A stretch of DNA of 62,724 bases from Chthoniobacterales bacterium (GTDB lineage Bacteria > Verrucomicrobiota > Verrucomicrobiia > Chthoniobacterales > UBA6821). The stretch lies in NCBI GenBank assembly GCA_044236545.1, contig JBIIGI010000005.1, forward strand, positions 1 through 62,724, in the 5' to 3' direction. Of this stretch, positions 34,651 to 44,372 are shown one piece after another; the stretch's first letter is position 1; each line of letters opens with the position of its first letter. Below the pieces are notes generated by a model. It was given only the letters and a program-made list of their open reading frames with translations. It was not told the DNA's origin and ran no database searches. The position numbers and the translations under genes were made by a program.

Positions 34651-35133
34651 ATGAAAGTCCATCTTCGCCAGATCCCCCAGGGAGAAACCCTTCACCTGGA
34701 GGGTGAGGAGGATTCCGCCCCCCTCGGGCTTGAGGAGGCTGGGGCCGAAGCTATCGGCCCCTTGGAGTTTTCGCTCGATGTCGGCATCTCCGACGGGGGC
34801 CTCTTTGCCACGGGTCGCCTCCATCAGCGGGTCCGGATGACTTGCGTCTCCTGCCTCGAAGCCTTCGAACAGGACCTTGATTCCGATCCCTTTGCCACCC
34901 AGATCGAACTTGGGGGAGGGGAATCAGTGGACTTGACCCCCGAGGTCCGGGAGGATATTCATCTCCTTCTGCCCGCGCATCCCCGATGCGATCAGGGTGG
35001 AGAAAAGACCTGCCCCGCCCACTACCCCGCGGCCGCCCGACCCTCCTTGAATGATTCAGGGGATACGGCACGCCCGGCCATCTGGGCAGCGCTCGACCAA
35101 CTCAAAACACCACCGTCCGATGGGAGTCCCTAA
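34651..35133 (+). CDS. YceD/DUF177 family protein
   Basis: 160 aa, acidic. CVSCLEAF ... HPRCD metal-like motifs. Canonical position upstream of rpmF-plsX-fabH. Confidence 0.72.
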   Translation: MKVHLRQIPQGETLHLEGEEDSAPLGLEEAGAEAIGPLEFSLDVGISDGGLFATGRLHQRVRMTCVSCLEAFEQDLDSDPFATQIELGGGESVDLTPEVREDIHLLLPAHPRCDQGGEKTCPAHYPAAARPSLNDSGDTARPAIWAALDQLKTPPSDGSP

Positions 35134-35302
35134 ACGCAAAACTTCAAAGATGCGCCTTCGCACCCGCAAGGCCGCCAACCGCTGGCACGCGCCGAAGCTC
35201 GGCAAATGCACCCAATGCGGAGCACCGCTCCGCTCGCACACCGCCTGCCCCGCCTGCGGAACCTACCGCGGCCGACAGGTCCTCGATGTCGAGGTGGCGT
35301 AA
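35120..35302 (+). CDS. rpmF: 50S ribosomal protein L32
   Basis: Internal ATG 35120: MGVPKRKTSKMRLRTRKAANRW...CTQCGAPLRSHTACPACGTYRG (zinc ribbon). Confidence 0.9.
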   Translation: MGVPKRKTSKMRLRTRKAANRWHAPKLGKCTQCGAPLRSHTACPACGTYRGRQVLDVEVA

Positions 35303-35361
35303 CCCCCACCGCTTCTTCCGATCAGGAAGCGGAAAGCTCCAACCCGGTCTCCAGTAGCATC

Positions 35362-36411
35362 ATGAGGATCGCCCTCGACGCCATGGGGGGTGACTACGCC
35401 CCGCAGAACACGGTGGCCGGCGCGGTTATGGCGCTTCGCGAATATTCCAAAATCACCCGCCTCTACCTGACGGGTGACGAGAAGGCGATCCGTGCGGAAC
35501 TGGCAAAGCTCGGATGCAGCGATCCCAGGATCGAGATCGTCCACACCACCCAGGTCGTCGAGATGAGCGACGCGGCCGTCGAGGCCGTGCGTCGCAAGAA
35601 GGACTCCTCCGTCTCCCGCGCCGTTGATCTTGTCAAGGCGGGGGATGCCGACGCCGTTGTCAGCGCGGGCCACACCGGTGCCGCGGTCGCCGCGACCACC
35701 ATCAAGCTCCGCACCCTCGAGGGGGTCGAACGCCCCGGTATCGCCTCTTACCTTCCGACCGAAAAGAACGTCTGCGTCCTCATTGATGCCGGTGCCAACA
35801 TCGACGCCAAGCCCGTCCACCTTCTCCAGTACGCCATCATGGGATCGGTCCTCTCCAGGCAGGTGCTCGGATACGCGAATCCCGAGATCGGCCTCATGTC
35901 GATCGGCGGGGAGGACGTCAAGGGAAGCGAGTTCACCAAGGAGGTTTTCAAGCTCCTGAAATCCAGCACCCTCAATTTCCGCGGCAACATCGAGGGGCAC
36001 GACCTCTTTGAGCACCCCGTCGAGGTCATCCTCTGCGACGGATTCACCGGCAATGTCGTCCTCAAGACCGCCGAGGCCACTGCCGGGGCCGTCTTCCACT
36101 GGCTTAAGCACGAGCTGATGAAGACCAAGTTGCGCATGCTGGGGGCCTGGATCGCCCGCAACGCCTTCCGCGCCATCCGCCGCCGCACCAACTACGAGAA
36201 CTACGGTGGCAGCCCCCTGCTTGGTGTCAACGGCATCTGCATCATCGCCCACGGGTCAAGCTCCCCGCTCGCCATCAAGAACGCGATCCGCGTCGCCGCG
36301 GAGTTCATCGAGCAGCAGGTGAACCCCCGCATCGTCGAGGCGATCCGGGCCTATAACGAAAAGAACCCGGCCGTCGGCCCCTCTCCCCTTCAGGAACCCC
36401 ATGCAGCCTGA
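35362..36411 (+). CDS. plsX: phosphate acyltransferase PlsX
   Basis: ATG 35362: MRIALDAMGGDYAP... and ...GICIIAHGSS. Conserved rpmF-plsX-fabH order. Confidence 0.9.
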   Translation: MRIALDAMGGDYAPQNTVAGAVMALREYSKITRLYLTGDEKAIRAELAKLGCSDPRIEIVHTTQVVEMSDAAVEAVRRKKDSSVSRAVDLVKAGDADAVVSAGHTGAAVAATTIKLRTLEGVERPGIASYLPTEKNVCVLIDAGANIDAKPVHLLQYAIMGSVLSRQVLGYANPEIGLMSIGGEDVKGSEFTKEVFKLLKSSTLNFRGNIEGHDLFEHPVEVILCDGFTGNVVLKTAEATAGAVFHWLKHELMKTKLRMLGAWIARNAFRAIRRRTNYENYGGSPLLGVNGICIIAHGSSSPLAIKNAIRVAAEFIEQQVNPRIVEAIRAYNEKNPAVGPSPLQEPHAA

Positions 36412-37390
36412 CCTCACCGCCTCCATCATCGGAACCGGTAGCTATGTTCCGGATCGCGTGATGACCAACGCGGAACTCGAGAAGCTTGTCGAGACCAGCG
36501 ACGAGTGGATACGAAGCCGGACCGGCATCCGGGAGCGCCGCATCGCCGGGCCGGAGATGCCGACCAGCGAGATGGCTGCGCGCGCCGCGCAGGCCGCCAT
36601 CGGGAATGCCGGGATCACCGCCGGGGAGATCGACCTCATCATCTGCGCCACCGTCACGCCCGACATGTTCTTCCCGAGCACCGCCTGCTTTGTGCAGACC
36701 AAGATCGGAGCGGTGAAAGCGGCTTGCTTCGACCTCTCCGCAGCCTGCTCCGGCTTCCTCTTCGGCGTCGAGACCGCACGCCAATTCATCGCCTCGGGCA
36801 CATACCGGACCATCCTCGTGATTGGCGCCGACAAGCTCTCCGGCATCGTCGACTGGACCGACCGCAACACCTGCGTCCTCTTCGGCGACGGCGCCGGGGC
36901 GGCCATCCTCAGGCACCGCGAGGGATCCGAGGGAGTCATGGCCACCCGCATGGGAAGCAATGGAGCCCTCGCCGACATCCTCTACATTCCCGGCGGTTGC
37001 AGCGCGCATCCCCCCACGTCGGAGGATGCGGTTGAATATCCCTCCACCATCCGCATGAACGGCCGCGAGACCTACAAGCACGCCGTGACCGCCATGGTCG
37101 AGGCCTCGGAGGGAGTCCTGGCCGACGCCGGGGTCTCCGCGTCCGAGATCGCCTGCTTCATTCCGCATCAGGCGAACCTCCGCATCATCGAGGCCATCGC
37201 GAGCCGCCTGGACGTCTCCATGGACCGCTTCCACATCAACCTGGACCGCTACGGCAACACCTCTGCGGCCGCCGTCGCGATCGCCCTCGACGAGGCCGCC
37301 CGCACCGGACGCTTCAAGCGTGGCGAGAAGATCCTGATGGTGGTCTTCGGCGGGGGGCTGACTTGGGCCTCGACCGTCGTCGAGTGGTAA
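36401..37390 (+). CDS. fabH: 3-oxoacyl-ACP synthase III
   Basis: 329 aa. Active-site context FDLSAACSGFLFG (Cys), IPHQANLRII (His) and YGNTSAAAVAIAL (Asn). Confidence 0.92.
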   Translation: MQPDLTASIIGTGSYVPDRVMTNAELEKLVETSDEWIRSRTGIRERRIAGPEMPTSEMAARAAQAAIGNAGITAGEIDLIICATVTPDMFFPSTACFVQTKIGAVKAACFDLSAACSGFLFGVETARQFIASGTYRTILVIGADKLSGIVDWTDRNTCVLFGDGAGAAILRHREGSEGVMATRMGSNGALADILYIPGGCSAHPPTSEDAVEYPSTIRMNGRETYKHAVTAMVEASEGVLADAGVSASEIACFIPHQANLRIIEAIASRLDVSMDRFHINLDRYGNTSAAAVAIALDEAARTGRFKRGEKILMVVFGGGLTWASTVVEW

Positions 37391-37473
37391 TTGGGTAGGC
37401 TTGGGATTGAACTCGGGCGTGCCCACGCCGCTTACCCCTAGAGGGGCTGCCTGCGGCATTTCTACCTCCTACC

Positions 37474-37570
37474 GCCAGTCAGAGGTTTTTGGCGCGGGGC
37501 GTTGTTGCCCTACGCTCGAGCGAATGGAAAATTCCATGCTGCACGAGCATCTCGGCTCGCTGCTCGATGG
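37474..37570. repeat. intergenic repeat family 3, copy 2
   Basis: gccagtcagaggtttttggcgcggggcgttgttgccctacgctcgagcg aligns with 27141-27190 at roughly 70% identity by eye. Confidence 0.55.
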
Positions 37571-37617
37571 AAAACTCAAGGGTTGAAAACAGCTTCCTCC
37601 GGCCGCACTCTAGGGGA

Positions 37618-37893
37618 ATGATCACGACGTTAGCCTTCGGCCTGCCGGCCGCCCCCGAGTGGATCTTCATCGCCATCCTGGCGCTTGTGCTCTTCGGACC
37701 CAAGAAGATCCCCGAGTTGGCCCGCGGGATCGGCAAGGCGCTCGGTGAGTTGCAGCGTGCCAAGGAGGACTTTCACCGTGAGATCACGGGGGTCCCCAAG
37801 CTGCCCAAGATCCAGTCGTCCGAGGGGCTTGAGTCGGTGGCCTACCCTGATCCTGCCGCTAAGGATGACGCATCCAAACCGGCCGATCGTTAA
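37618..37893 (+). CDS. tatA: twin-arginine translocase TatA/E family protein
   Basis: Internal ATG 37618. EWIFIAILALVLFGPKKIPELARGIGKALGELQRAK is the TatA TM plus amphipathic helix signature. Confidence 0.8.
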   Translation: MITTLAFGLPAAPEWIFIAILALVLFGPKKIPELARGIGKALGELQRAKEDFHREITGVPKLPKIQSSEGLESVAYPDPAAKDDASKPADR

Positions 37894-38169
37894 TCAGCGG
37901 TTCCCTTAGTGCTGCGATTCCGATGACTGGGGATGCTACCTGCTTGATACATTCCTGAACCAGTTCAGGGAGTTGCTCAAGCGTCTTGGGTAGCTTGGAC
38001 CGATTACGCGGTTCAGTGCATTTTTTCACATGGAACCTGCCCCGTTCGCTCCGTGATAGGGGACGGAAAATAGGGGCCCGGAACGGATCATTCATGACCG
38101 CTTTTCCAGGTCCATATGATCCTGCTTGTCTGGCCCCGTATTTACTTCAATCTGACCTCTTAACAATCT

Positions 38170-40431
38170 ATGGGATCCGCAGAAAACAGAGCAACCCCCG
38201 TAGCAAAGTCTCTCGATTTTCTCGGGAAGATCGCCCTTGAAATGGCGTTTATCACGCCCGATGAGGATGCGGGACTGCTCCCGCTCAACAGCCTTCTGAT
38301 GGATCTGGAGGAACTCACGGGAAAAGAAACTCCGCCGAGGTTGGTCTCCGCCCTTTCTACCGCGCGGGGTTGGATGGACCTGATTCTGGATGGAACCGGC
38401 AAGTTTACCCCCGATTCAATCAGCAAGTTTAACCAGTGGCATTCCTGGATGAGCACGGCGCTCACGGATTGGGAAAGGGGAGTGGAAATTTCTCCCCTGC
38501 CGGTGGCTTGGGGAGGAAAGAGTGATCCCTCCAGTGTCCCGGCGGCTGCGATGACCCCTTCGGCGTCGGCGCCACAAATCCCCGCTGCGCCACCTGTTCT
38601 TGCTCCGGTAAAGTTGGCCTCGGCACCCGCCGCGCAGGTCTCCTCCGGCGAGGAGGAAGCCGCCATCATGCTGAAGATTGCGGAGGACGCCGAACTGCTG
38701 CACGAGTTTTACGGGGAGTCGCTGGAACTTCTGCAGAATATCGAGCAGGGCGTCCTGGTCCTGGAGGAGAATCCCACGGACGCGGAGACGATCAATTCCA
38801 TCTTCCGCGCCTTTCATACCTTCAAGGGAGGGGCGGGATTCCTGCACCTTAAGGCCCTGCAGGACCTGGCGCACGAACTGGAGTCCGTGCTCGACGCGGC
38901 ACGGCAGTCAAAGCTCCGGATCACCTCGGACACCATTGACCTGATTCTCGCCGGTGCCGATGCACTCAAGCAGTTCACCCAGGGAATCGGGCGTCAGTTG
39001 CAGGGAACGGGTGCCGGCGAGCCGATCGTGGTCCCCACCAGCGAGTTGATCCGCCGCTCGCAAGCTGCTCTCAGGGGGGAGAAGATGACTGCCTCGACTC
39101 CCTCCGCGTTTGCCCTCACGCCCATGGATACGGTCACCGAGGTCATTCTTGTCGACGCTCACTCCCGGTCCTTGCACGAGGTGGAGCCGCTCCACGGAAC
39201 CTTGCCTCAAGCCGTTGCAAAAAGCTCTTCGCGTCAATCCCTTGCCGCCGCCGACGCGTCCTCGGGGTTCGTGAAGCTCGAGACCTGGAAGCTGGACAAC
39301 CTTGTCGATCTCGTTGGAGAGCTTGTCATCGCCCAGTCGATGGTGGTGCAGGATCCCGATGTACGAAATCTTATCAGCCGTAACCTGGAGCGCAGTCTTC
39401 GCCAACTCAGCCGCACAACCTCGGAGCTTCAGCGTAACGCCATGACCCTGCGCATGGTTCCCATCCGCGGGGCTTTCCAGAAGATGAGCCGCCTCGTGCG
39501 CGATATCTCGGCACAGCAGAACAAGCAGGTTCAGCTCCTCATGGACGGAGAGGAGACCGAACTCGACCGCAACATCGTGGAAAAGCTCGGTGATCCTCTC
39601 ATCCACATGATCCGCAACTCGATCGATCACGGGATCGAGTCTCCCGACGAGCGTGAGGCATGCGGCAAGCCGGCGCTCGGCACGATCAGGCTCACGGCAT
39701 CCCACCAGCGAGGCGGCATCGTCATCCGGATCCGGGATGACGGGAAGGGCCTCAACGCGCAGCGCATCCTGGCCAAAGGGGTCGAGCGCGGCCTTGTCGC
39801 CCCGAACGCAGAGCTGACGGAACCCGAGATCTTCAACCTCATCTTCATGCCGGGCTTCTCCACCGCCGAGGCCGTCACCGACCTTTCCGGCCGGGGGGTC
39901 GGAATGGATGTGGTGCGGCGCAATATCGAGGCACTGCGCGGCAAGATCGAGATCCAGTCGCTTCCGGGTGAAGGCACCACCTTCACCATCATCCTCCCTC
40001 TCACCCTTGCAATCATCGATGGCCTGCTCGTCGGTGTCGGCAGCGACCGCTACATCCTCCCAACGATGTCCGTCAGGGAATCCTTCCGCCCGCGGCCCGG
40101 GATGGTCACGACCGTTCATGAGCGGGGCGAGGTTGTCAGCGTTCGCGGCAGGCAGACGCCGATCCTCCGGCTTGGAAAATACCTCGGAACCGAGGGCAAG
40201 GCCAGGGAACCCGAGGATGGGATCCTCGTCGTGGTGGAGTCTGGAGAGGCCACCCGAGCCATCCTTGTGGACGAACTCATCGGAAAGCAGGAGGTCGTCA
40301 TCAAGAGTCTCGGCGAGACGTTCAGCAAGCAGAACCTCCTTGCCGGTGCCGCAGTCCTGGGTGACGGCCGTGTCGCCATCATCCTTGATGTGGACACGCT
40401 GGTGCGACTGGAACAACCGGCCTCCGTTTAG
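38170..40431 (+). CDS. cheA: chemotaxis histidine kinase CheA (with an N-terminal extension of about 190 aa)
   Basis: 753 aa. HPt FRAFHTFKGGAGFL. HATPase N/G boxes (IHMIRNSIDHGIE, DDGKGL, GRGVGMDVV). C-terminal CheW-like domain. Confidence 0.9.
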   Translation: MGSAENRATPVAKSLDFLGKIALEMAFITPDEDAGLLPLNSLLMDLEELTGKETPPRLVSALSTARGWMDLILDGTGKFTPDSISKFNQWHSWMSTALTDWERGVEISPLPVAWGGKSDPSSVPAAAMTPSASAPQIPAAPPVLAPVKLASAPAAQVSSGEEEAAIMLKIAEDAELLHEFYGESLELLQNIEQGVLVLEENPTDAETINSIFRAFHTFKGGAGFLHLKALQDLAHELESVLDAARQSKLRITSDTIDLILAGADALKQFTQGIGRQLQGTGAGEPIVVPTSELIRRSQAALRGEKMTASTPSAFALTPMDTVTEVILVDAHSRSLHEVEPLHGTLPQAVAKSSSRQSLAAADASSGFVKLETWKLDNLVDLVGELVIAQSMVVQDPDVRNLISRNLERSLRQLSRTTSELQRNAMTLRMVPIRGAFQKMSRLVRDISAQQNKQVQLLMDGEETELDRNIVEKLGDPLIHMIRNSIDHGIESPDEREACGKPALGTIRLTASHQRGGIVIRIRDDGKGLNAQRILAKGVERGLVAPNAELTEPEIFNLIFMPGFSTAEAVTDLSGRGVGMDVVRRNIEALRGKIEIQSLPGEGTTFTIILPLTLAIIDGLLVGVGSDRYILPTMSVRESFRPRPGMVTTVHERGEVVSVRGRQTPILRLGKYLGTEGKAREPEDGILVVVESGEATRAILVDELIGKQEVVIKSLGETFSKQNLLAGAAVLGDGRVAIILDVDTLVRLEQPASV

Positions 40432-40456
40432 CATCCCCCCTACCACCCACCAATCC

Positions 40457-41071
40457 ATGAGCACATCCATCCCTCCAACGATACAAACCGCGGCCAAAGA
40501 GGGCCGCTTCCTCACCTTCTCTCTCGGCAATGAATCGTACGGACTTCCTGTTCTCAAAGTCCGCGAAATCATCCGGATCTGCCCGATCACGCCCGTTCCC
40601 ACGATGCCGACCCATATCAAGGGTGTTATCAACCTGCGTGGTACGGTCATCGCCGTGGTCGACCTGAGGGCAAAGTTCCAGCTTTCCGAGGGTGACTACG
40701 GTGAGCGTGCCTGCATCATCGTCGTCCAACTCACCGGCCCTGCGGGCAACAAGATCCTCATGGGCGCCATCGTCGATGCCGTCGAGGAAGTGATCCAAAT
40801 CGCCCAGGAGACGATCGAACCGGCCCCTGACTTCGGAGGGGCTCCCGACACCCAATACATCCTGGGTGTGGCAACGGCCCAGGGTGGCGTGAAGACACTG
40901 CTCAACATAGAGCGGATCTTCCTTCAGGAGGCCGCGATGCAGCCTTCCCTCGAGGCCGGATCAACGGTGCAGGATGTGATGCGCGTCACGCTGGAAAAAA
41001 CCTTCCTGGAGCAACGCTCCGTGACCCAGACGACCTCGCTGAAGCTCGATTCTCCCGCACAACGGCTCTGA
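40457..41071 (+). CDS. cheW: chemotaxis coupling protein CheW (with C-terminal extension)
   Basis: In-frame ATG 40457. [22 protein letters not shown]...[18 protein letters not shown]. Confidence 0.85.
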   Translation: MSTSIPPTIQTAAKEGRFLTFSLGNESYGLPVLKVREIIRICPITPVPTMPTHIKGVINLRGTVIAVVDLRAKFQLSEGDYGERACIIVVQLTGPAGNKILMGAIVDAVEEVIQIAQETIEPAPDFGGAPDTQYILGVATAQGGVKTLLNIERIFLQEAAMQPSLEAGSTVQDVMRVTLEKTFLEQRSVTQTTSLKLDSPAQRL

Positions 41072-41099
41072 TGGGCACCAACTTCCAATCTTAAAAAAC

Positions 41100-42563
41100 A
41101 TGAAGAACTGGACCATCGGCCGCCGAATTATCACCGGATTCGCGATTATACTGCTCATGTTCGCCACCCTTGGGGGACTCAATATCCGGGAGATTTCGAC
41201 GCTCAACGACAGGATCGCTGACATCGCCGACAACTCCCTTCCGAGCATCTTCGTTCTCAATGAAATCAACGACCTGGGCTACAATAATTTCGTCAATGTT
41301 CTGCAGATGCACATGTCTTCACCGGAGGAATGGGTGGAATTTGAGAAGAAAATAGCATTAAGAAAAAAGCGGATCGATGAGTTGTTCAAGAAGTACGAAA
41401 CGTCCCTTGTGGCGGATCCAACCGATCGGCGCCTTTTTGTGGAGGCAAGGCAATCGTATGACGATCTGGCCAAGGCCCGCTCCCATTGGCTTGATTTGCT
41501 CCATGAGAACAAAACCGAGGAGAGTGAGAGCTATTTCAAAAGTACCTTTGTTCCATCGTTCGAGAAGGCGCTGATGGCGATCCGCGCGGGTGTTGAGTAT
41601 AACAACCAACTCGGCCAGGCTGCCGGGAAAATGGGAAAGGAAGCCGTCTGTAGCAGTCAGATCCTGATTGGTAGTTTTCTGGGGGTCGCTCTGCTCCTTT
41701 CAACTCTCCTTTCGTGGATGGTGACCCGCTCAACCAATGGAATCCTCAGATCCATTGCCTCAAACCTCGATCGGGGCTCCCTTCAGACAGCTTCCGCAGC
41801 GCGTCAGGTCTCGATGGCCAGCAACTCCCTCTCCTCCGGAGCCAATGAGCAGGCCTCCTCCGTGGAGGAGACCAGCACCGCGCTTGAGGAGATGTCCAGC
41901 ATGATACGAGCCACCGCGGATAATGCCCGGAAAGCCACAACCCTCGCCTCCGAGGCCCGGGAAGTTGCTGATGCGGGCGCCATGTTGCGTGGCGAGGTGA
42001 TGACCGCGATGGGCGTCATGGAATCCTCCAGCACCGAGGTGGCCAAGATCGTCAAGAACATCGACGAGATTGCCTTCCAGACCAACATCCTTGCCCTGAA
42101 CGCCGCCGTCGAGGCCGCCCGGGCAGGTGAGGCCGGGGCTGGATTTGCGGTCGTCGCAGACGAGGTGCGCTCGCTGGCCCAGCGCAGTGCGGCAGCAGCC
42201 AAGGAGACCGCGGAGAAGATCGATGCCGCCATCATCAGCAGCAGGAACGGCTCCGAATGCTCGGCCAAGGTCGGGGAATCCCTGCGCGAGATTGCGGAAA
42301 AGGTGAGGGCGGCGGATCTTCTTGTCGCTGACATTGCCAGGGCCGCATCCGAGCAGGCCCAAGGGATCGAGCAGATCAACGGTGCGATGGCGCAGATGGA
42401 CAAGGTGACCCAGGGCAACGCCTCCAGCGCCGAGGAGAGCGCCAGCGCCGCGGAGGAACTCGATGCCCAGGCGGAGACCATGAAGGATCTGGTCGGCCAA
42501 CTCCGTCGGCTTGTGGGTTTAACGTCCCCGTCTGAGGGGTCAGTCAAGGGGGGTAGGTCATGA
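41100..42563 (+). CDS. methyl-accepting chemotaxis protein 1 (four-helix-bundle type sensor, no C-terminal tail)
   Basis: 487 aa. Two TM helices. Hairpin tip [41 protein letters not shown]. Confidence 0.9.
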   Translation: MKNWTIGRRIITGFAIILLMFATLGGLNIREISTLNDRIADIADNSLPSIFVLNEINDLGYNNFVNVLQMHMSSPEEWVEFEKKIALRKKRIDELFKKYETSLVADPTDRRLFVEARQSYDDLAKARSHWLDLLHENKTEESESYFKSTFVPSFEKALMAIRAGVEYNNQLGQAAGKMGKEAVCSSQILIGSFLGVALLLSTLLSWMVTRSTNGILRSIASNLDRGSLQTASAARQVSMASNSLSSGANEQASSVEETSTALEEMSSMIRATADNARKATTLASEAREVADAGAMLRGEVMTAMGVMESSSTEVAKIVKNIDEIAFQTNILALNAAVEAARAGEAGAGFAVVADEVRSLAQRSAAAAKETAEKIDAAIISSRNGSECSAKVGESLREIAEKVRAADLLVADIARAASEQAQGIEQINGAMAQMDKVTQGNASSAEESASAAEELDAQAETMKDLVGQLRRLVGLTSPSEGSVKGGRS

Positions 42564-44287
42564 GAAGCAGGGGAAAACTCGGCGATAGGACCATCCTGGC
42601 GCTGGCAAGCGTCATCCTCTTCCTGCTTGTCATCGGGGGAATCACGGGAAGGATCCTGACCAACCAGAAGGAAATCACCGCCGCACAGGAAAGGCGTTAC
42701 CAGTCCTATCTGCTGGCGGACGAGCTCCGTCAGAGCTCCGACGACCTGACGCGACTTGCCCGCACCTATGTGGTCACCGGCGACTCAAAATACGAGGGAC
42801 AATACTGGACGATCCTGGCGATCCGGAATGGTCAGGCTCCAAGGCCGCAGAACTACGAGCGGATCTACTGGGATTTCATGGCTGCTGACGGAGTCAAACC
42901 CCGGCCGGATGGCAGGACCGCGCCACTGCTGCAATTGATGAAGGAGCAGGGGTTCACGGACCGTGAATTTGCTCTCTTGAAGGAAGCACAGTCAAACTCC
43001 GACGGCTTGGTTCGCATGGAGACCGTTGCGATGAATGCGACCAAGGGGCTTTTTGACGACGGGAGCGGCAACTTTACACGCAAGGGGGATCCGGATCCCG
43101 AACTGGCCAGACAACTCATGCACAGCAAGGAGTACCATGCCGACAAAGCCAAAATCATGAAGCCCATCGACGAGTTTTTCACCGTGCTGGAGCAAAGGAC
43201 CCGCGGTGAGGTGGCGATCCTTCTTCAAAGCAGCTACAACTTGTTTTATCTTCTTCTGGGCGTTGTGGGTCTGGCCATCCTGACGGTCGCTTTGCTCTAT
43301 GTTTCCATATTCAGGACAGTGATCCGCCCGAGCGGCGTGATGATGGGGGAGCTTTTCAACACGAGTCGCGAACTTGAGACAGCCTCCTCCCACCTTTCCA
43401 TCTCAAGCCAGTCCCTGTCGTCCGGAGCGAGCGAACAGGCTTCCTCGGTTGAGGAGACCAGTGCCTCGCTTGAGGAGATGTCGAGCATGACGCGCATCAC
43501 GGCGGAGAACGCCCGCAAGGCAACCTTGCTTGCCTCCGAGACGCGATCCGAGGTTGAGGGGGCTTCCCTTGCCATGGAGGAAATGATGGACTCAATGAGA
43601 GCCATCGGAGCCTCCAGTGCGGAGGTGGCCAAGATCGTCAAGAACATCGACGAGATCGCATTCCAGACCAATATTCTGGCACTGAATGCCGCCGTCGAGG
43701 CGGCGCGTGCGGGCGAGGCGGGAGCTGGGTTCGCTGTCGTCGCCGATGAGGTCCGCTCCCTGGCCCAGCGCAGTGCGGCGGCTGCCAAGGAGACCGCCGC
43801 CAAGATCGAGGCCGCCATCGCCAGCAGTAGGAGCGGTTCCGAATGCTCCGCCAGAGTAGGTGAGGCCCTGACTCAGATTGCCGAAAAGGTGAAGTCCACG
43901 GATCTCCTTGTCGCTGATATCGCCAGGGGTGCCTCTGAGCAGTCCCAAGGAATCGAGCAGATCAACGGCGCCATGGTCCAACTGGACAAGGTGACACAGA
44001 GCAACGCGACAAGCGCGGAGGAGACCGCCAGTGCCGCAGAGGAACTCGATGCCCAAGCAGATTCCCTAAAGTGTCTGGTGGATCGGCTTCGGCTGCTTGT
44101 CGGGGGTGACGAGGCCGCAACACAGTCCGAACCGCCTGGCACACGGCCTGCGGCAACCAAGCCTTTCAAACCAGCATCCGTCTCCTTCGGGAATCCGAAA
44201 ACACGCAACGCGATCCCGATGCCCGGAGATGCCTTTTCCGGATCGGGAACGCAGGGAATAGATAGCTCCAGCTTCAGAAACTTCTAA
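42560..44287 (+). CDS. methyl-accepting chemotaxis protein 2 (helical periplasmic sensor; C-terminal ...FRNF tail)
   Basis: 575 aa. ATGA overlap with MCP1. Same hairpin-tip motif. Ends [29 protein letters not shown]. Confidence 0.9.
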   Translation: MRSRGKLGDRTILALASVILFLLVIGGITGRILTNQKEITAAQERRYQSYLLADELRQSSDDLTRLARTYVVTGDSKYEGQYWTILAIRNGQAPRPQNYERIYWDFMAADGVKPRPDGRTAPLLQLMKEQGFTDREFALLKEAQSNSDGLVRMETVAMNATKGLFDDGSGNFTRKGDPDPELARQLMHSKEYHADKAKIMKPIDEFFTVLEQRTRGEVAILLQSSYNLFYLLLGVVGLAILTVALLYVSIFRTVIRPSGVMMGELFNTSRELETASSHLSISSQSLSSGASEQASSVEETSASLEEMSSMTRITAENARKATLLASETRSEVEGASLAMEEMMDSMRAIGASSAEVAKIVKNIDEIAFQTNILALNAAVEAARAGEAGAGFAVVADEVRSLAQRSAAAAKETAAKIEAAIASSRSGSECSARVGEALTQIAEKVKSTDLLVADIARGASEQSQGIEQINGAMVQLDKVTQSNATSAEETASAAEELDAQADSLKCLVDRLRLLVGGDEAATQSEPPGTRPAATKPFKPASVSFGNPKTRNAIPMPGDAFSGSGTQGIDSSSFRNF

Positions 44288-44372
44288 GCCAAGCAGAATA
44301 CAAGAGCATAAAGATCAACAAGAGAGTCCATCGAAAAAACCAGAAACAAAAAATCATCCCCACCCACTTCAA

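Noticed and set aside
37859-38240. ORFs 37859..38095 (-) and 37986..38240 (+) between tatA and cheA
   Set aside because: They are short and mutually overlapping, without motifs or plausible signals. I treat the region as a promoter/leader.
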